NCBI GenBank assembly: GCA_038131935.1 | Contig: JAYPQH010000037.1 | Coordinates: 1 to 64,000, forward strand | Source: Alphaproteobacteria bacterium | Lineage (GTDB): Bacteria; Pseudomonadota; Alphaproteobacteria; UBA8317 | Direction: 5' to 3' | DNA length: 64,000 nt | Part shown: in pieces, positions 1 to 10,802 of the stretch | How positions within the stretch are numbered: the stretch's first letter is position 1 | Layout: every line of letters begins with the position of its first letter | Position numbers and translations under genes: made by a program | The notes under the pieces: model-generated | Databases searched by the model: none | What the model was told of the DNA's origin: nothing | What the model saw: only the letters and a program-made list of their open reading frames with translations

Positions 1-1074
1 ATGTGCATCAATATTCTCACCCAAAGATTGGCCTGTGACCGTCATGGCATCACGATAGAGACTATCGCCCAGTTCTCTCGCAATAGCCGGAAAGCCTCCA
101 GCATGGTGGAGGTCGACCATGTATCCTTGACCAGATGGTTTCAAGTCGACGAGCACAGGAATTTCTCTGCCCAAACGATCAAGCATATCCAAATCAACAG
201 GTAGTCCCATACGTCCCATCATAGCTGTCAGGTGGATGATACCATTTGTGGATCCTCCTACGGCGAGTAATGTTGCCAACGCATTATGAACAGATCTGTG
301 ATCAAGGAATGCCCGTGGGTTAAGACCAGACTGAGCAATGTCTACCGCAATCCTGCCTGTGTGTGTTGCAATTCGTTTGCGTGCAGCTGTGACGGCTGGT
401 GCACATGCACCTGCAGGTGCCATCAAGCCCAAAGCCTCGGTCATCAGCGCCATGGTGCTCGCCGTACCCATGACACCGCATGTCCCTACCGTCGGCACAA
501 GTTCATTATTGGCTTCGGCGATTTCTAAATCATCGATATCTCCAGCCCTGAATTGTGCCCAAAGTCGCCTGCAATCTGTACAGGCACCCACCCGGGTTCC
601 TCTTTGTGAACCGGTCAACATTGGTCCAGTGACCAGTTGAACAAAAGGCAACCCTGCACTCAGGGCTCCCATGATCTGTGCAGGAACGGTTTTGTCACAA
701 CCACCGATGAGGATGCAGGCATCCATAGGCTGTGCGCGTATCATTTCCTCTGTATCCATCGCCATCAGGTTTCGTAGATACATAGAAGTTGGATAGGAAA
801 AACTTTCATGCAGAGAGATGGTGGGAAATTCTAGAGGCAACCCTCCATGAGCCAGAACCGCAGACCTAGCAAATTTGATGAGATCAGGAATATTACCATG
901 ACAACCATTGTAATCTGAATAGGTGTTTACAATTCCAATAACGGGCTTTTCCAGATCCTCGTCGGTATAACCAAGGCCTTTAATAAATGATTTCCTCAAA
1001 AATAAAGAAAAGCCCTGATCCCCATAATTGGTCAGCCCTTGTCTCATGCCTTTTTTTGAATCGTTGTCCGCCAT
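1..1074 (-). CDS. IlvD/Edd-family dehydratase (dihydroxy-acid/sugar-acid dehydratase), runs off the left window edge
   Basis: Not in the ORF track because there is no stop in the window. Manual translation from ATG 1074: MADNDSKKGMRQGLTNYGDQGFSLFLRKSFIKGLGY...KPVIGIVNTYSDYNGCHGN...RNLMAMDTEE...GGCDKTVPAQ. GGAGA RBS lies upstream. Confidence 0.9.
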   Translation of the reverse strand, partial: MADNDSKKGMRQGLTNYGDQGFSLFLRKSFIKGLGYTDEDLEKPVIGIVNTYSDYNGCHGNIPDLIKFARSAVLAHGGLPLEFPTISLHESFSYPTSMYLRNLMAMDTEEMIRAQPMDACILIGGCDKTVPAQIMGALSAGLPFVQLVTGPMLTGSQRGTRVGACTDCRRLWAQFRAGDIDDLEIAEANNELVPTVGTCGVMGTASTMALMTEALGLMAPAGACAPAVTAARKRIATHTGRIAVDIAQSGLNPRAFLDHRSVHNALATLLAVGGSTNGIIHLTAMMGRMGLPVDLDMLDRLGREIPVLVDLKPSGQGYMVDLHHAGGFPAIARELGDSLYRDAMTVTGQSLGENIDAH

Positions 1075-1087
1075 TTGTCCTGTCTCC

Positions 1088-1115
1088 AAAAAAAACAGGC
1101 GGTGAAACCGCCTGT
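1088..1115 (-). terminator. Rho-independent terminator downstream of dctP
   Basis: Perfect 9-bp stem ACAGGCGGT-gaa-ACCGCCTGT, followed on the minus strand by a T8 tract. Confidence 0.8.
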
Positions 1116-1138
1116 CGTTCATTTCAATTGTTAATGGA

Positions 1139-2158
1139 TTATAGAAGGTTAATTGATTTCATAAAGTTTATATGAGCATCAAGCGCTTCACGAGCCAATG
1201 GTGACTTTTTCGCGTAGTCTTCCCAAGCTCCAACAGCAATTTCGCGGAACTTACGACGTTCTTCAGGTGCCCAGTCTACAATCGTGAGATCACCTGCGGC
1301 TTTGTCACGTGCCACAAGACGCAAATCTTCCATGTCTGCATCACGCATCTGCGATGTCCAGGCGCGATAGTACCAAGTTTCCAAGGTAGCACGTTGCGCA
1401 TCGGTCAAACCATCCCAAACCCGCTTGTTGACGATGAACTGAAGAACCGCCATGGAGTGAATGCCAGGATAAATCGGATATTTTGCAATTTTATGCATAC
1501 CGGAGGCTGTGTTGTTCACATAAGCAGACGCATCTGCAGCATCCACGATGCCTTTTTCAAGGGATGTATAGACTTCTGAGAATGGAATGGATGATGGAGA
1601 AGCACCAACCCGACGGAATACCTCGGCGGCCAAGCCTTCTGGAGAGCGAATTTTTACGCCCTTAAAGTCATCAACACCTCTGATGGGAATCTTTGAGACA
1701 AGAGCTTCCTTGGTGTAAGGTCCGCAACCGATAACATGAACCCGACCATTGGTATATTTATCATAGATTTTCTGCAGCATTTCTTTACCGCCGCCATGCA
1801 TACAGAATGTTTGTACCTGAGCTGGGGTATCATAGCCTGCGATCAAATCACCCATGATGGCAAAAGCTGGATCACGACCTGCGAAGTAAGATACGGCGTT
1901 TAGGTCACCATCAAGGATACCATTTGCCACTGCATCAATGGTTTCTCTGTGCGGAACAACGGCTTTTGTTGGCAGAGCGTCAATTTTCAATTCACCACCG
2001 GTCATGGTAGCAAGAACAGGAGCCATTTTATCGGTCATGTAGCGGTGGGCCCAATCTCCCGCTTTAGAACTCATTTGTACCTTTAGCGTTTTGGCATCAG
2101 CCGCTGTCGCGACCATCATGGCTAACGCGCCTGCCATGGTGAGTGATTTTAACAACAT
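1139..2158 (-). CDS. dctP: TRAP transporter periplasmic substrate-binding protein
   Basis: N-terminal signal peptide (AADA), IDAVANGILDG, DDFKGVKIRS and EVYTSLEKGIVDAAD motifs of the DctP family. Confidence 0.92.
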   Translation of the reverse strand: MLLKSLTMAGALAMMVATAADAKTLKVQMSSKAGDWAHRYMTDKMAPVLATMTGGELKIDALPTKAVVPHRETIDAVANGILDGDLNAVSYFAGRDPAFAIMGDLIAGYDTPAQVQTFCMHGGGKEMLQKIYDKYTNGRVHVIGCGPYTKEALVSKIPIRGVDDFKGVKIRSPEGLAAEVFRRVGASPSSIPFSEVYTSLEKGIVDAADASAYVNNTASGMHKIAKYPIYPGIHSMAVLQFIVNKRVWDGLTDAQRATLETWYYRAWTSQMRDADMEDLRLVARDKAAGDLTIVDWAPEERRKFREIAVGAWEDYAKKSPLAREALDAHINFMKSINLL

Positions 2159-2190
2159 TATCTTCCTCCGTTGTCCGTTTATTTAAAATC

Positions 2191-2313
2191 TCAGAGGAAA
2201 CCGTCAGCCACATAAAACATGAGTGCCATAAGGCCAGCACCGAAGGCCAAGCCTGCTAACCAAGCCCAAGGGCCATAATAATTGACATGGTCATCTCGTG
2301 TTCCGTCGCTCAT
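2191..2313 (-). CDS. Small 40-aa single-TM membrane protein
   Basis: MSDGTRDDHVNYYGPWAWLAGLAFGAGLMALMFYVADGFL with a GGAGAAGG RBS. Co-oriented and 32 bp upstream of dctP. Confidence 0.6.
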   Translation of the reverse strand: MSDGTRDDHVNYYGPWAWLAGLAFGAGLMALMFYVADGFL

Positions 2314-2411
2314 CTTTCGGATTCCTTCTCCCTGTCTGGTAGGATTTTTATCTTTGTTTTTGCTACCAGAGCTTAGGTGAGCGCGAAATTCAAAAAAATT
2401 CAACCCCTAAT

Positions 2412-2445
2412 TTGATAATCAGCAATATTTTGGAGATTTATCAGC
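2412..2445. promoter_or_regulatory. Candidate operator pair in the divergent dctP/dctQM promoter region
   Basis: Palindrome TGATAATCA (2413-2421) and a related GATTTATCA site about 22 bp away, both followed by GC. Confidence 0.3.
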
Positions 2446-2592
2446 TCTTAAATCTGACTTGCGCAGATCTTATAACTTGTGATCTTCTGACACAAATTAA
2501 AAAAAACGGTTAGAGAATAAGTAAGAACATTATTCTAAAACGAAGAAGTAGCACCTGGCAGAGATCAGGAACATAAAGGGGGGATGTGAGTT

Positions 2593-4652
2593 ATGGCGGT
2601 GGTTTCGCATAATGATGAAGATAAGGGCTCAAACGCTGCATTGGAGCGATTTCCAGAGCACAATGATCGCTTAACTTTCGTTGATCACGCGAGCAAGTTT
2701 TCTGGGCTGGCAGTCGCACAATTGTATCTGTTGGTGGCACTTGTTACCGCGTACGAGGTCATCTCCCGGTATGTTTTTCATACACCCACCCAGTGGGTCT
2801 TTGAAGTCGTTATGGTTCTATGTGCCACAGCTTGGATGGTTTCATCTGGTTATATTACCATGCATAAGCGTCACATTGGGATTAATGTGCTGTACCTGAT
2901 GGCCAGTGATCGTAGCAAATGGTGTTGGACCTTTTCTCGATGTATATTGGGGTCTTGGCGCTTTGGTTGCTTATTGATGACTCGATTGTCAGGGCACTAG
3001 AATCCATTGATATGGTAGAACGTGCTGGGACAGCATGGAATTCGCCACAGCCGTTGATTTTAAAGTCAATGCTTACCATCGGCGCAATAATATATATTAT
3101 CCAGCTTTTGGTAAATTTATATCGTCACTATGATGGGCAGTTGGGAAAGGCTATTGTTTCTCTTATCTCTGTAGCGATTTTTTTCCGTTTGGTGGCCGTT
3201 GTTGGTGTTCACTATCACGGCGATGCATCAGTCTTTGCTGATTTAAACAGCATGTTCGTTTCCATAGGTGCTCCATTTGATCCATCTCAATGGATTGATG
3301 TGCGCGCCTATTCTGTTGCAACGGCGAGTGTTGCGATTGTGATTGCGATGCTCATTCTGATGATGACAGGTATGCCACTAGGTATTGTAACCTTGTTTGT
3401 CTCTGTGCTCGCTGCATTGTTCTTTTACGGTTATGGGGGTTTATATCTGGTCTCAACAAATGCCTTTGGGTTGCTAGAAAAATATCCTCTCGTTGCTGTG
3501 CCATTATTCGTGCTCATGGCATCGATTCTTGAACGGGCAGGAATTGCAGAAGATCTGTTTGATGCTATGTCCATTTTTGCAGGCAAGTTACGTGGCGGTG
3601 TGGCGATTCAAACCATTGTTGTCGCCGTGATCTTGGCCGCAATGTCCGGGGTCATGGGTGGGGAAATTGTGATGCTGGGCCTCGTGGCGCTTCCACAATT
3701 GTTACGACTTGGTTATGACCGCAAACTTTCTATCGGTTTGATTTGTGCTTCGGGTGCTCTTGCGACATTGATTCCACCGAGCATCATCATGATCGTCTAC
3801 GGATTGTCTGCACAGGTAGCCATAGGCGATCTGTTCATGGCTGGTTTCATACCTGGTCTGATGTTGGCATCATTCTATGGGATTTATGTTCTTGCAAGAT
3901 GTACCCTAAATCCAGCTCTGGCACCAACAGCTGAAGAAGTGGCCAAAATCCGGGGCGAGGAAGTCGCCATGTCTAGAGATAAAATGACAGCAGTGATTTT
4001 CTGTGTGCTTCTCATCGGTTGTGTCATGGGCTCAATATACGCTGGTATTGCATCAGTAACGGAAGCAGCCGCGGTTGGCGTTATTGGCGCCATTATTGTT
4101 GCAGCCATCAGGCTATCTTTTGACTGGAACTTGTTACAAGGAGCACTGGCCGGAACCATGTCAACGGTGGGAACCATTATATGGCTGATACTGGGCGCTG
4201 TTGCTTTTGTTGGCATTTACAACCTCATAGGTGGTGCAGACTTCATGCGTTCTTTATTCTCCAACCTTGGATTGCCACCACTGGGCGTTATATTTTTGAT
4301 GATGGGAATTCTGGTTATTCTGGGAACATTCATGGAGTGGATCGCTATTGCCTTCATCACGGTACCTGTGTTTGCACCGGTTGTTATGGGCATGGCTCCT
4401 GAACTTGGGTTGGAACCTGAGTGGGCTGCGGTTTGGTTTGGTATTTTGTTTGTGATGAATATTCAAATTTATTTCTTGTCGCCACCTTTTGGCCCTGCTT
4501 GTTTTTGGCTAAAATCAGTGGCACCAGCAGACATCACATTACAGGAAATCTTTGCCAGCGTGTTGCCTTTCATAGCGCTTCAAATCATCGGAATGTTGCT
4601 GGTGATGTTCTTCCCTCAAATCGCCTTATTTCTTCCACAAGCATTGAGTTAA
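2593..4652 (+). CDS. dctQM: Fused TRAP small+large permease (DctQM), one frameshift near 2921
   Basis: The N-part has DctQ motifs (YEVISRYVFHTPTQW, HIGINVLY). The C-part has DctM motifs (LVAVPLFVLMA, GALATLIPPSI, SPPFG). One extra G at tgg|tg joins the frames (..SKWVLDLFSM..). Confidence 0.88.
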
Positions 4653-4661
4653 AGGTGCATT

Positions 4662-5633
4662 ATGGCAAAAATTCTTGTTACAGAACCTGTTGATATATCC
4701 GGTATAGAGTTGCTGGAGCAACACGGACATGAGGTCATCAAAGGTTGGACGCTCAGTTCAGATGCGCTGAGCGCACATTATACTGATATTGAAGGCATTT
4801 TGGTTCGCATTGCAAAGATTCCTTCGTCTTTGATGGAGAGTATGCCGCGATTAAAGGTCGTCGCCAAACATGGTGTAGGGTGCGATAATGTTGATGTTGC
4901 TTATGCAAGAAATCACAATATCGCTGTAGGAATTGCTGCATCGGCAAATGCGACATCTGTGGCTGAGCATACCTTAATGTTCATCTTAGCTGCTGCAAAA
5001 GATCTTCTTTTTATGGACAAAACCACCCGTGATGATTACGCCGCGAGAACCAATATTCACGCTGTTGATATACAAAATCGTACAGTTTTGATTGTGGGTT
5101 ACGGGCGTATCGGTACAAAAGTAGCCTTGTTATGCAAAGCATTTGGGATGGATGTGATCATTCATGATACAAAGTTTGATATTTCTCAAACTGAAGTTGA
5201 TGGATTTAAACTTGTTCATGACCTCCAAGAAGGACTTGCACAAGCAGATATTTTGACGGTTCATGTTCCCCTAACAAATCAAACCCATCATATGATTGCT
5301 GAGAAAGAGATGCGTCTCATGAAGTCGGATGCTATCGTGGTAAATTGCGCTCGTGGCGGTATTGTCCATGAGCAAGATTTGGCGCGCATGTTGGAAGATA
5401 AAGTGATCAAAGCGGCTGCTATTGATGTATTCTTCGAAGAGCCCATAAACCCTGAAAACCCTTTGTTAAAAGCTCCAAGATGCGTCCTGGCACCCCATGC
5501 GGCTGCATTTACTGTGGAGTCTTTAGCTCGAATGTCACAGGAGGCAGCCCAGAATATTATGGATGTTATAGAAGGGCGCGGTCTGCAACCTGGTTATCTC
5601 TACGAGCTAGAGGCTTTCTCCCAAGAAAATTGA
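4662..5633 (+). CDS. D-2-hydroxyacid dehydrogenase (SerA-like)
   Basis: KHGVGCDNVD, GYGRIG, HVPLT, VNCARGGIV, DVFFEEP and APHAAA motifs. Confidence 0.9.
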   Translation: MAKILVTEPVDISGIELLEQHGHEVIKGWTLSSDALSAHYTDIEGILVRIAKIPSSLMESMPRLKVVAKHGVGCDNVDVAYARNHNIAVGIAASANATSVAEHTLMFILAAAKDLLFMDKTTRDDYAARTNIHAVDIQNRTVLIVGYGRIGTKVALLCKAFGMDVIIHDTKFDISQTEVDGFKLVHDLQEGLAQADILTVHVPLTNQTHHMIAEKEMRLMKSDAIVVNCARGGIVHEQDLARMLEDKVIKAAAIDVFFEEPINPENPLLKAPRCVLAPHAAAFTVESLARMSQEAAQNIMDVIEGRGLQPGYLYELEAFSQEN

Positions 5634-5998
5634 GGGTCCAGGTAAGGAGAATTGTCAGGTAGAAGTTCGATGGGGGCTTCTATCTGAATCCGGCTGAGCA
5701 GGAGATAGGATAACGTTTTTCCATGCCGATCCAAGCTCCTGGACGCATTAACCCCACCATCCAAAGCATTCTCCAAAACAAAATTCATGGCATGTAAGTT
5801 CGGCAACAGATAACGGTGCACGGCTGTAACGCCTAAATGTTGGGTGGTCTTGTGAACAATGTCTTCGGTGACATTTGTTTTGAGTATGTCCCAAGCATCT
5901 GCTTTGTAGGCAATAATGGAAACATTCGAAACATTACCCTTATCACCTGCGCGTCCATGGGCGAGGGCATGTAGGGGAAATTTGCGTGTAAGACTCAT
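5600..5998 (-). CDS. AtuA-related small (ferredoxin-fold) protein
   Basis: AHGRAGDKGN...AMNFVL..ALDGGVN.S.SLDRHGKTLS signature. Overlaps the AtuA gene by ATGA. Confidence 0.85.
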   Translation of the reverse strand: MSLTRKFPLHALAHGRAGDKGNVSNVSIIAYKADAWDILKTNVTEDIVHKTTQHLGVTAVHRYLLPNLHAMNFVLENALDGGVNASRSLDRHGKTLSYLLLSRIQIEAPIELLPDNSPYLDPQFSWEKASSS

Positions 5999-7353
5999 GT
6001 AATAACCTCTGCACGAACATGTGGTTCAATAGAACTTGGGGGTAATAAGATAGAAGCCGTTGCTTGCTGTTCGGTCACAAACCCACGAAATCCACCGCCA
6101 GCAGCTGGACCTGAACAATATAATGACTGTAACTCATCGACCAACATTTGTGCGCGATGCCGGTCTTGGCTAATCAAGCATAGTCGAACACGATAATCAC
6201 CATCAAAAGCTGGCGCTGTTTGAGGCAATTGTCCCCCGTCAAGGACCGAATGTGCCCCGATGACATCCACACGGATGTCGCCGTTATAGCCCAATGTTCT
6301 CATCCGTTGTGTGACAACATCTGCTGCAAGTCGGGCGCGGGCGTAACCGTTCATTCCCGCATAACTCATTTCTGCTTCTGCCATGAAACCATGGTCGACA
6401 ACCAATGTAGCCTTTAAGGTTGCCGGTCGTTCATGGCCTTGAATGCCGCGTATGCTGACTTTGTTTTCTGCTTCATCATGCAATGTCATGGCGCAAACAT
6501 CAGCGGTTACATCTGGCACCAAATAAGCTGCGGGATCATGCATTTCGTAGAGGAGCTGTTCTGTGATGGTCGCTTTGTTGACCAATCCACCGGTGCCCTC
6601 AGGTTTGGTTAAACTAAAGATCCCATCTGAATGGACTTCCGCGAGGGGAAAGCCGACTTCATGGAGGTTGGGGACATCTTTAAAGCCTGGATCTGCAAAA
6701 TATGCTCCCGTTACTTGTCCCCCACATTCAAGCAAATGACCACAAATGGTACCTGAAGCCAAGACATCCCAATCATTTTCAGCCCAGCCAAATTCATGGA
6801 TGAGTGGTCCTAAGATGAGTGCGGAGTCGGTTGTTCGGCCTACCAAGACCACATCAACATTTTCTTGCAAAACTTTGGCGACATGTCGGGCCCCTAAATA
6901 GACATTGGCGGCCAATATGGGGCGTCCATCAATGCTGGTGCCTTCCATTGTTGAGGCACGCCCCAGATCCTCTGGATTCAAATATTCAAGAAGGTCATCG
7001 CCAAGGAGTACACCAATTCGCGGTTTGCGCAGACCCTGTTCATGGGCAATTTCAAGAATTTTTCGTGCCCCAGCAATCGGGTTGGCTGCACCCATGTTGG
7101 ACACAATGGTGATGCCATGCTCTAAACAAGGTTTTAATGCAGGTTCAATATATTGGGGTAAATAAGGTGAGTAGCCTAATGCGGGGTTGTTTTGGCGAAT
7201 ACGTTGTGCTGTGGCAATGGTTCTTTCGGCAAGTACCTCAAAGGTAAGATATTTTGGGCCTGTTTTTTGTGAAAGTGCCTCAATAACTGGTAATGAGGCA
7301 TCAAACCTATCACCTGAAAACCCAGCACCATTGCCTATATGAACTGTTGTCAT
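5995..7353 (-). CDS. Acyclic terpene utilization AtuA family (DUF1446) protein
   Basis: GAGFSGDR, FEVLAERT, SNMGAANP, GHLLECGGQVTG and EQLLYEMHDP..Y..PDV motifs. Confidence 0.9.
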   Translation of the reverse strand: MTTVHIGNGAGFSGDRFDASLPVIEALSQKTGPKYLTFEVLAERTIATAQRIRQNNPALGYSPYLPQYIEPALKPCLEHGITIVSNMGAANPIAGARKILEIAHEQGLRKPRIGVLLGDDLLEYLNPEDLGRASTMEGTSIDGRPILAANVYLGARHVAKVLQENVDVVLVGRTTDSALILGPLIHEFGWAENDWDVLASGTICGHLLECGGQVTGAYFADPGFKDVPNLHEVGFPLAEVHSDGIFSLTKPEGTGGLVNKATITEQLLYEMHDPAAYLVPDVTADVCAMTLHDEAENKVSIRGIQGHERPATLKATLVVDHGFMAEAEMSYAGMNGYARARLAADVVTQRMRTLGYNGDIRVDVIGAHSVLDGGQLPQTAPAFDGDYRVRLCLISQDRHRAQMLVDELQSLYCSGPAAGGGFRGFVTEQQATASILLPPSSIEPHVRAEVIT

Positions 7354-7454
7354 GCATGCCCCCTATGCAATGCGAGGTTCTTTCCTCGTACGTCGTTTCT
7401 GCTTAAACCGATTTTGGACGAATTTTACAAAACAGCCAAGCCCGAAGCTTTTAT

Positions 7455-8884
7455 ATGGATCAATCAATATCGAAAACCCGTCTTGGATGGCGGCAATATC
7501 TACTTGGGTTGTTCTTTTGCCTCCTGAGTATCTCTGTTTTGAGTGCAAGATTGGGTGGAGATGAAATCTATTCATACATAGCCTATACAGCAGCTCTAGG
7601 CATTTTTATAATGGCTTTGTCGGGTTTGGGTTTGCGCGAATTCTATCTAATCTTCGTATGCTTCGTCTTGGGTGGAGCAGCTTTACTAACCTTAGACAAT
7701 GGCACCAATGTTCTGCTTGCTGGTCTTGATCAGGGCGTCTTCCTGATGAATTTCTTGTTACTGCTCACGCTTCTTCATCAAGCGGCCTCAACATCCACGG
7801 CTGTGGCGCGGGTTGGTAGCTTTCTAACCCAACAGCCAGCAAGCCGTCGTTATCTAGCTATCTCTGGAGGTAGCTCGATTATGGGGGTGATTTTCAATCT
7901 CGGTACGATCACTATGTTGACACCTTTGATTCATGAAGGTGTTGCAAACCCAAAGGTGATGATGAGCTAAAGTCATTGCGCGAACGACGCCAATTAAATG
8001 CGATGCTCCGGGGATTTGCATGGTGTGTGATTTGGTCGCCTACAGCATTGGCACCTGTTGCGGTCATGGAATTGATAGATGGTATCGATCGCAATTTATG
8101 GAGTTTTTATGGTTTTCTCATGTCTGTGTTGATATTGGCTTTTGGCTGGGTAGAAGACCATTACATGTTCCGAAAATTTGCCGGGTTAGCACAACGGCAG
8201 GGTGAAAAATCTTTACCGCTGCCTGGAATGTCTTTGTTACATTTTGGACAAGCATTAGCGATTTTATTTGGTTTGTCTTACATGTTCTCTTGGCTGGCAA
8301 ATGACTCAGTCGTGGTAGGTATTCTCTTTGCTTGTCCATTGATGATGCTTGGATGGATCCTGTTGCAGGCAAAGGAACATCATTTGCCGATTTACCAAGC
8401 AACGGCTGTGAGGTTGCATGATGTTATTTTTGGGAAACTAACACTGAACTTAGGCATTTTGGTCACGCTTGGCTGCTCTGGATTTATAGGTCGTGCTGCA
8501 GCTGCGCTTGTACCAGCGGAAGAAGTAGCTTCAACTCTCGGCCTTTATGGAATGCCCGATTTTCTTTTTTTATTTCTCGTACCCTTGGCCATGATGCCTT
8601 TTGCTCTCTTAGGACTTAGTCCTATCGTTATGGCGGTATTTTTTGGTGGGCTTTTTGGCAGTTTGGAGGTGCTTCCTGCAGATCCAACATTGTTGGCACT
8701 TGCCATTTCCATGGGTTGGGCACTTTCTATGACCATGTCTCCGTTCGCCACAGTTGTGCTGTTGATGTCCCGGTTGAATGGAATCAGTGGGCTTGATTTA
8801 ACCCTGAGGTGGAATTGGTGTTTTAACATCATAACGATAATCGTTATGTTTCTGATGCTTATGGCGTTAACAGGTGGTACATAA
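7455..8884 (+). CDS. Multi-pass membrane protein, putative secondary (organic-acid) transporter; frameshift near 7953
   Basis: Two hydrophobic ORFs (7455-7970, 7976-8884) join if one A is added to the AAA run (..PKGDDELKSLRERR..). Contains RGFAW..IWSPT and a C-terminal SPF motif. Confidence 0.7.
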
Positions 8885-8974
8885 TACCCAGTTAAAACCA
8901 AAGAAATAGCCTTGACCCTTGCAAGCTCATCGATGATGCTTCGGCTATGCTATGAGACCATCAAGGAGAACAAC

Positions 8975-10723
8975 ATGGGTTCAAAACTAAAGCGCCAAAA
9001 AACACCAGACCAGTTTCGTTCAGCACGTTGGTATGCCCATGATGATTTACGTTCTTTTGGGCATCGGTCGCGAGCCATGCAGATGGGGTATGACTTAGAG
9101 GACTGGAAAGACAAACCTGTTATTGCTATTCTCAATTCTTGGTCTGATATCAATCCTTGCCACGCACATTTTAAGTCTCGTGTGGAAGATGTGCGCAGGG
9201 GAATTCTTCAAGCAGGTGGTATGCCCGTGGAATTACCCACACTATCACTATCAGAACCGTTCGTGAAACCAACAACCATGCTGTACCGTAATATGATGGC
9301 GATGGAAGTAGAGGAGTTGATCCGTTCTCATCCCATAGATGGTGCTGTGCTTATGGGTGGGTGCGACAAAACCACACCGGCTATGCTGATGGGTGCTGTT
9401 TCAGCAGGAGTTCCCGCAATTTTTATGCCGGCAGGCCCTATGTTGCGTGGCAACTGGAAAGGTCAGCAATTGGGTTCTGGGTCAGATGCTTGGAAATTCT
9501 GGGATGAGAGGCGCGCGGGCAATATTAGTCAGAAGGAATGGCAAGAGCTTGAAGCTGGTATTGCACGTTCCCATGGACATTGTATGACCATGGGTACAGC
9601 TTCGACCATGACCGCTATAGCAGAAGCCTTGGGTATGTCACTTCATGGGTCATCATCTATTCCGGCACCAGATGCTAATCACAATAGGATGGCAGCACAG
9701 AGCGGTAGACGAATTGTAGAGATGGTCTACGAAGATCTAGTCCCGAGCCAAATTATTACGCGGAAAGCTGTCGAAAATGCCTCTGTTGTTGCGATGTCTA
9801 TGGGGGCCTCCACAAACGCAGTCATCCATCTTGTTGCTATTGCACGCCGGGCTGGCATTGATTTTAGTGTAGATGATCTAGATGCATTTGGTCGAAATAT
9901 CCCAGTGTTGGCTAATATAAGGCCCTCTGGGCAGACCTATCTAATGGAAGATTTTTATTACGCAGGTGGTTTGAGAGCCTTGCTCAAACGTTTAGAAGAT
10001 TTTCTCCATCAAGATGTCATAACTGTTGAAGGGCAAACGATTGGTGATCTTTTGGAAGGTGCCGAAATATATAATGACGATGTTATCCGTCCCTTATCTG
10101 AGCCCATTTATCCTCATGGTGCTTTGGCTGTTCTCAAAGGAAATTTGGCTCCAGATGGTGCTGTCATCAAACCTGCGGCTATGCAAAAAGACTTGCTCGA
10201 GCACGAAGGTCCTGCATTGGTTTTTGATAGCTACCCAGAAATGAAAAAGGCGGTTGAAGATCCAAACTTGGATGTAACAGCAGAACATGTCATGATTTTC
10301 CGGAATGCTGGGCCAATAGGGGGACCGGGCATGCCTGAGTGGGGAATGTTACCTATACCTGTCAAATTGGTCCGTGAGGGCGTACGTGATATGGTCCGCA
10401 TTTCCGATGCAAGGATGAGTGGTACCAGCTATGGCGCCTGTGTGTTGCATGTAGCGCCAGAATCTTTCCTGGGTGGTCCTCTTGCCCTTGTGCGTAACGG
10501 TGATCGGGTACGTTTATCTGTTTCTGAACGTCGCCTTGATCTTTTGGTTGATGCGGAAGAGTTAGAAAAAAGACGATCAGAGTGGGTTGCCCCCGAGCCA
10601 CGAACCGGTAGGGGTTATGGCTGGATGTTTGCCCAACATATCCAACAAGCCAATCTTGGATGTGACTTTGATTATTTGCAGACAAGTTTCGGGGCGTCAG
10701 CAAAAGAACCTGATATTTTCTGA
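8975..10723 (+). CDS. araD: L-arabinonate dehydratase-like IlvD/Edd enzyme
   Basis: RSARWY..DDLRSFGHRSR, NPCHAH, GGCDKTTP, CMTMGTASTM and SDARMSGTSYG motifs, ending EPDIF. AAGGAG RBS precedes ATG 8975. Confidence 0.85.
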   Translation: MGSKLKRQKTPDQFRSARWYAHDDLRSFGHRSRAMQMGYDLEDWKDKPVIAILNSWSDINPCHAHFKSRVEDVRRGILQAGGMPVELPTLSLSEPFVKPTTMLYRNMMAMEVEELIRSHPIDGAVLMGGCDKTTPAMLMGAVSAGVPAIFMPAGPMLRGNWKGQQLGSGSDAWKFWDERRAGNISQKEWQELEAGIARSHGHCMTMGTASTMTAIAEALGMSLHGSSSIPAPDANHNRMAAQSGRRIVEMVYEDLVPSQIITRKAVENASVVAMSMGASTNAVIHLVAIARRAGIDFSVDDLDAFGRNIPVLANIRPSGQTYLMEDFYYAGGLRALLKRLEDFLHQDVITVEGQTIGDLLEGAEIYNDDVIRPLSEPIYPHGALAVLKGNLAPDGAVIKPAAMQKDLLEHEGPALVFDSYPEMKKAVEDPNLDVTAEHVMIFRNAGPIGGPGMPEWGMLPIPVKLVREGVRDMVRISDARMSGTSYGACVLHVAPESFLGGPLALVRNGDRVRLSVSERRLDLLVDAEELEKRRSEWVAPEPRTGRGYGWMFAQHIQQANLGCDFDYLQTSFGASAKEPDIF

Positions 10724-10802
10724 AGTTTCACGTCCTGCACAAACGCTCGCATTTTTCAAAAAATAGGTCCATGATCATATGATGGCATCAGAGGAGGAAT
10801 AG

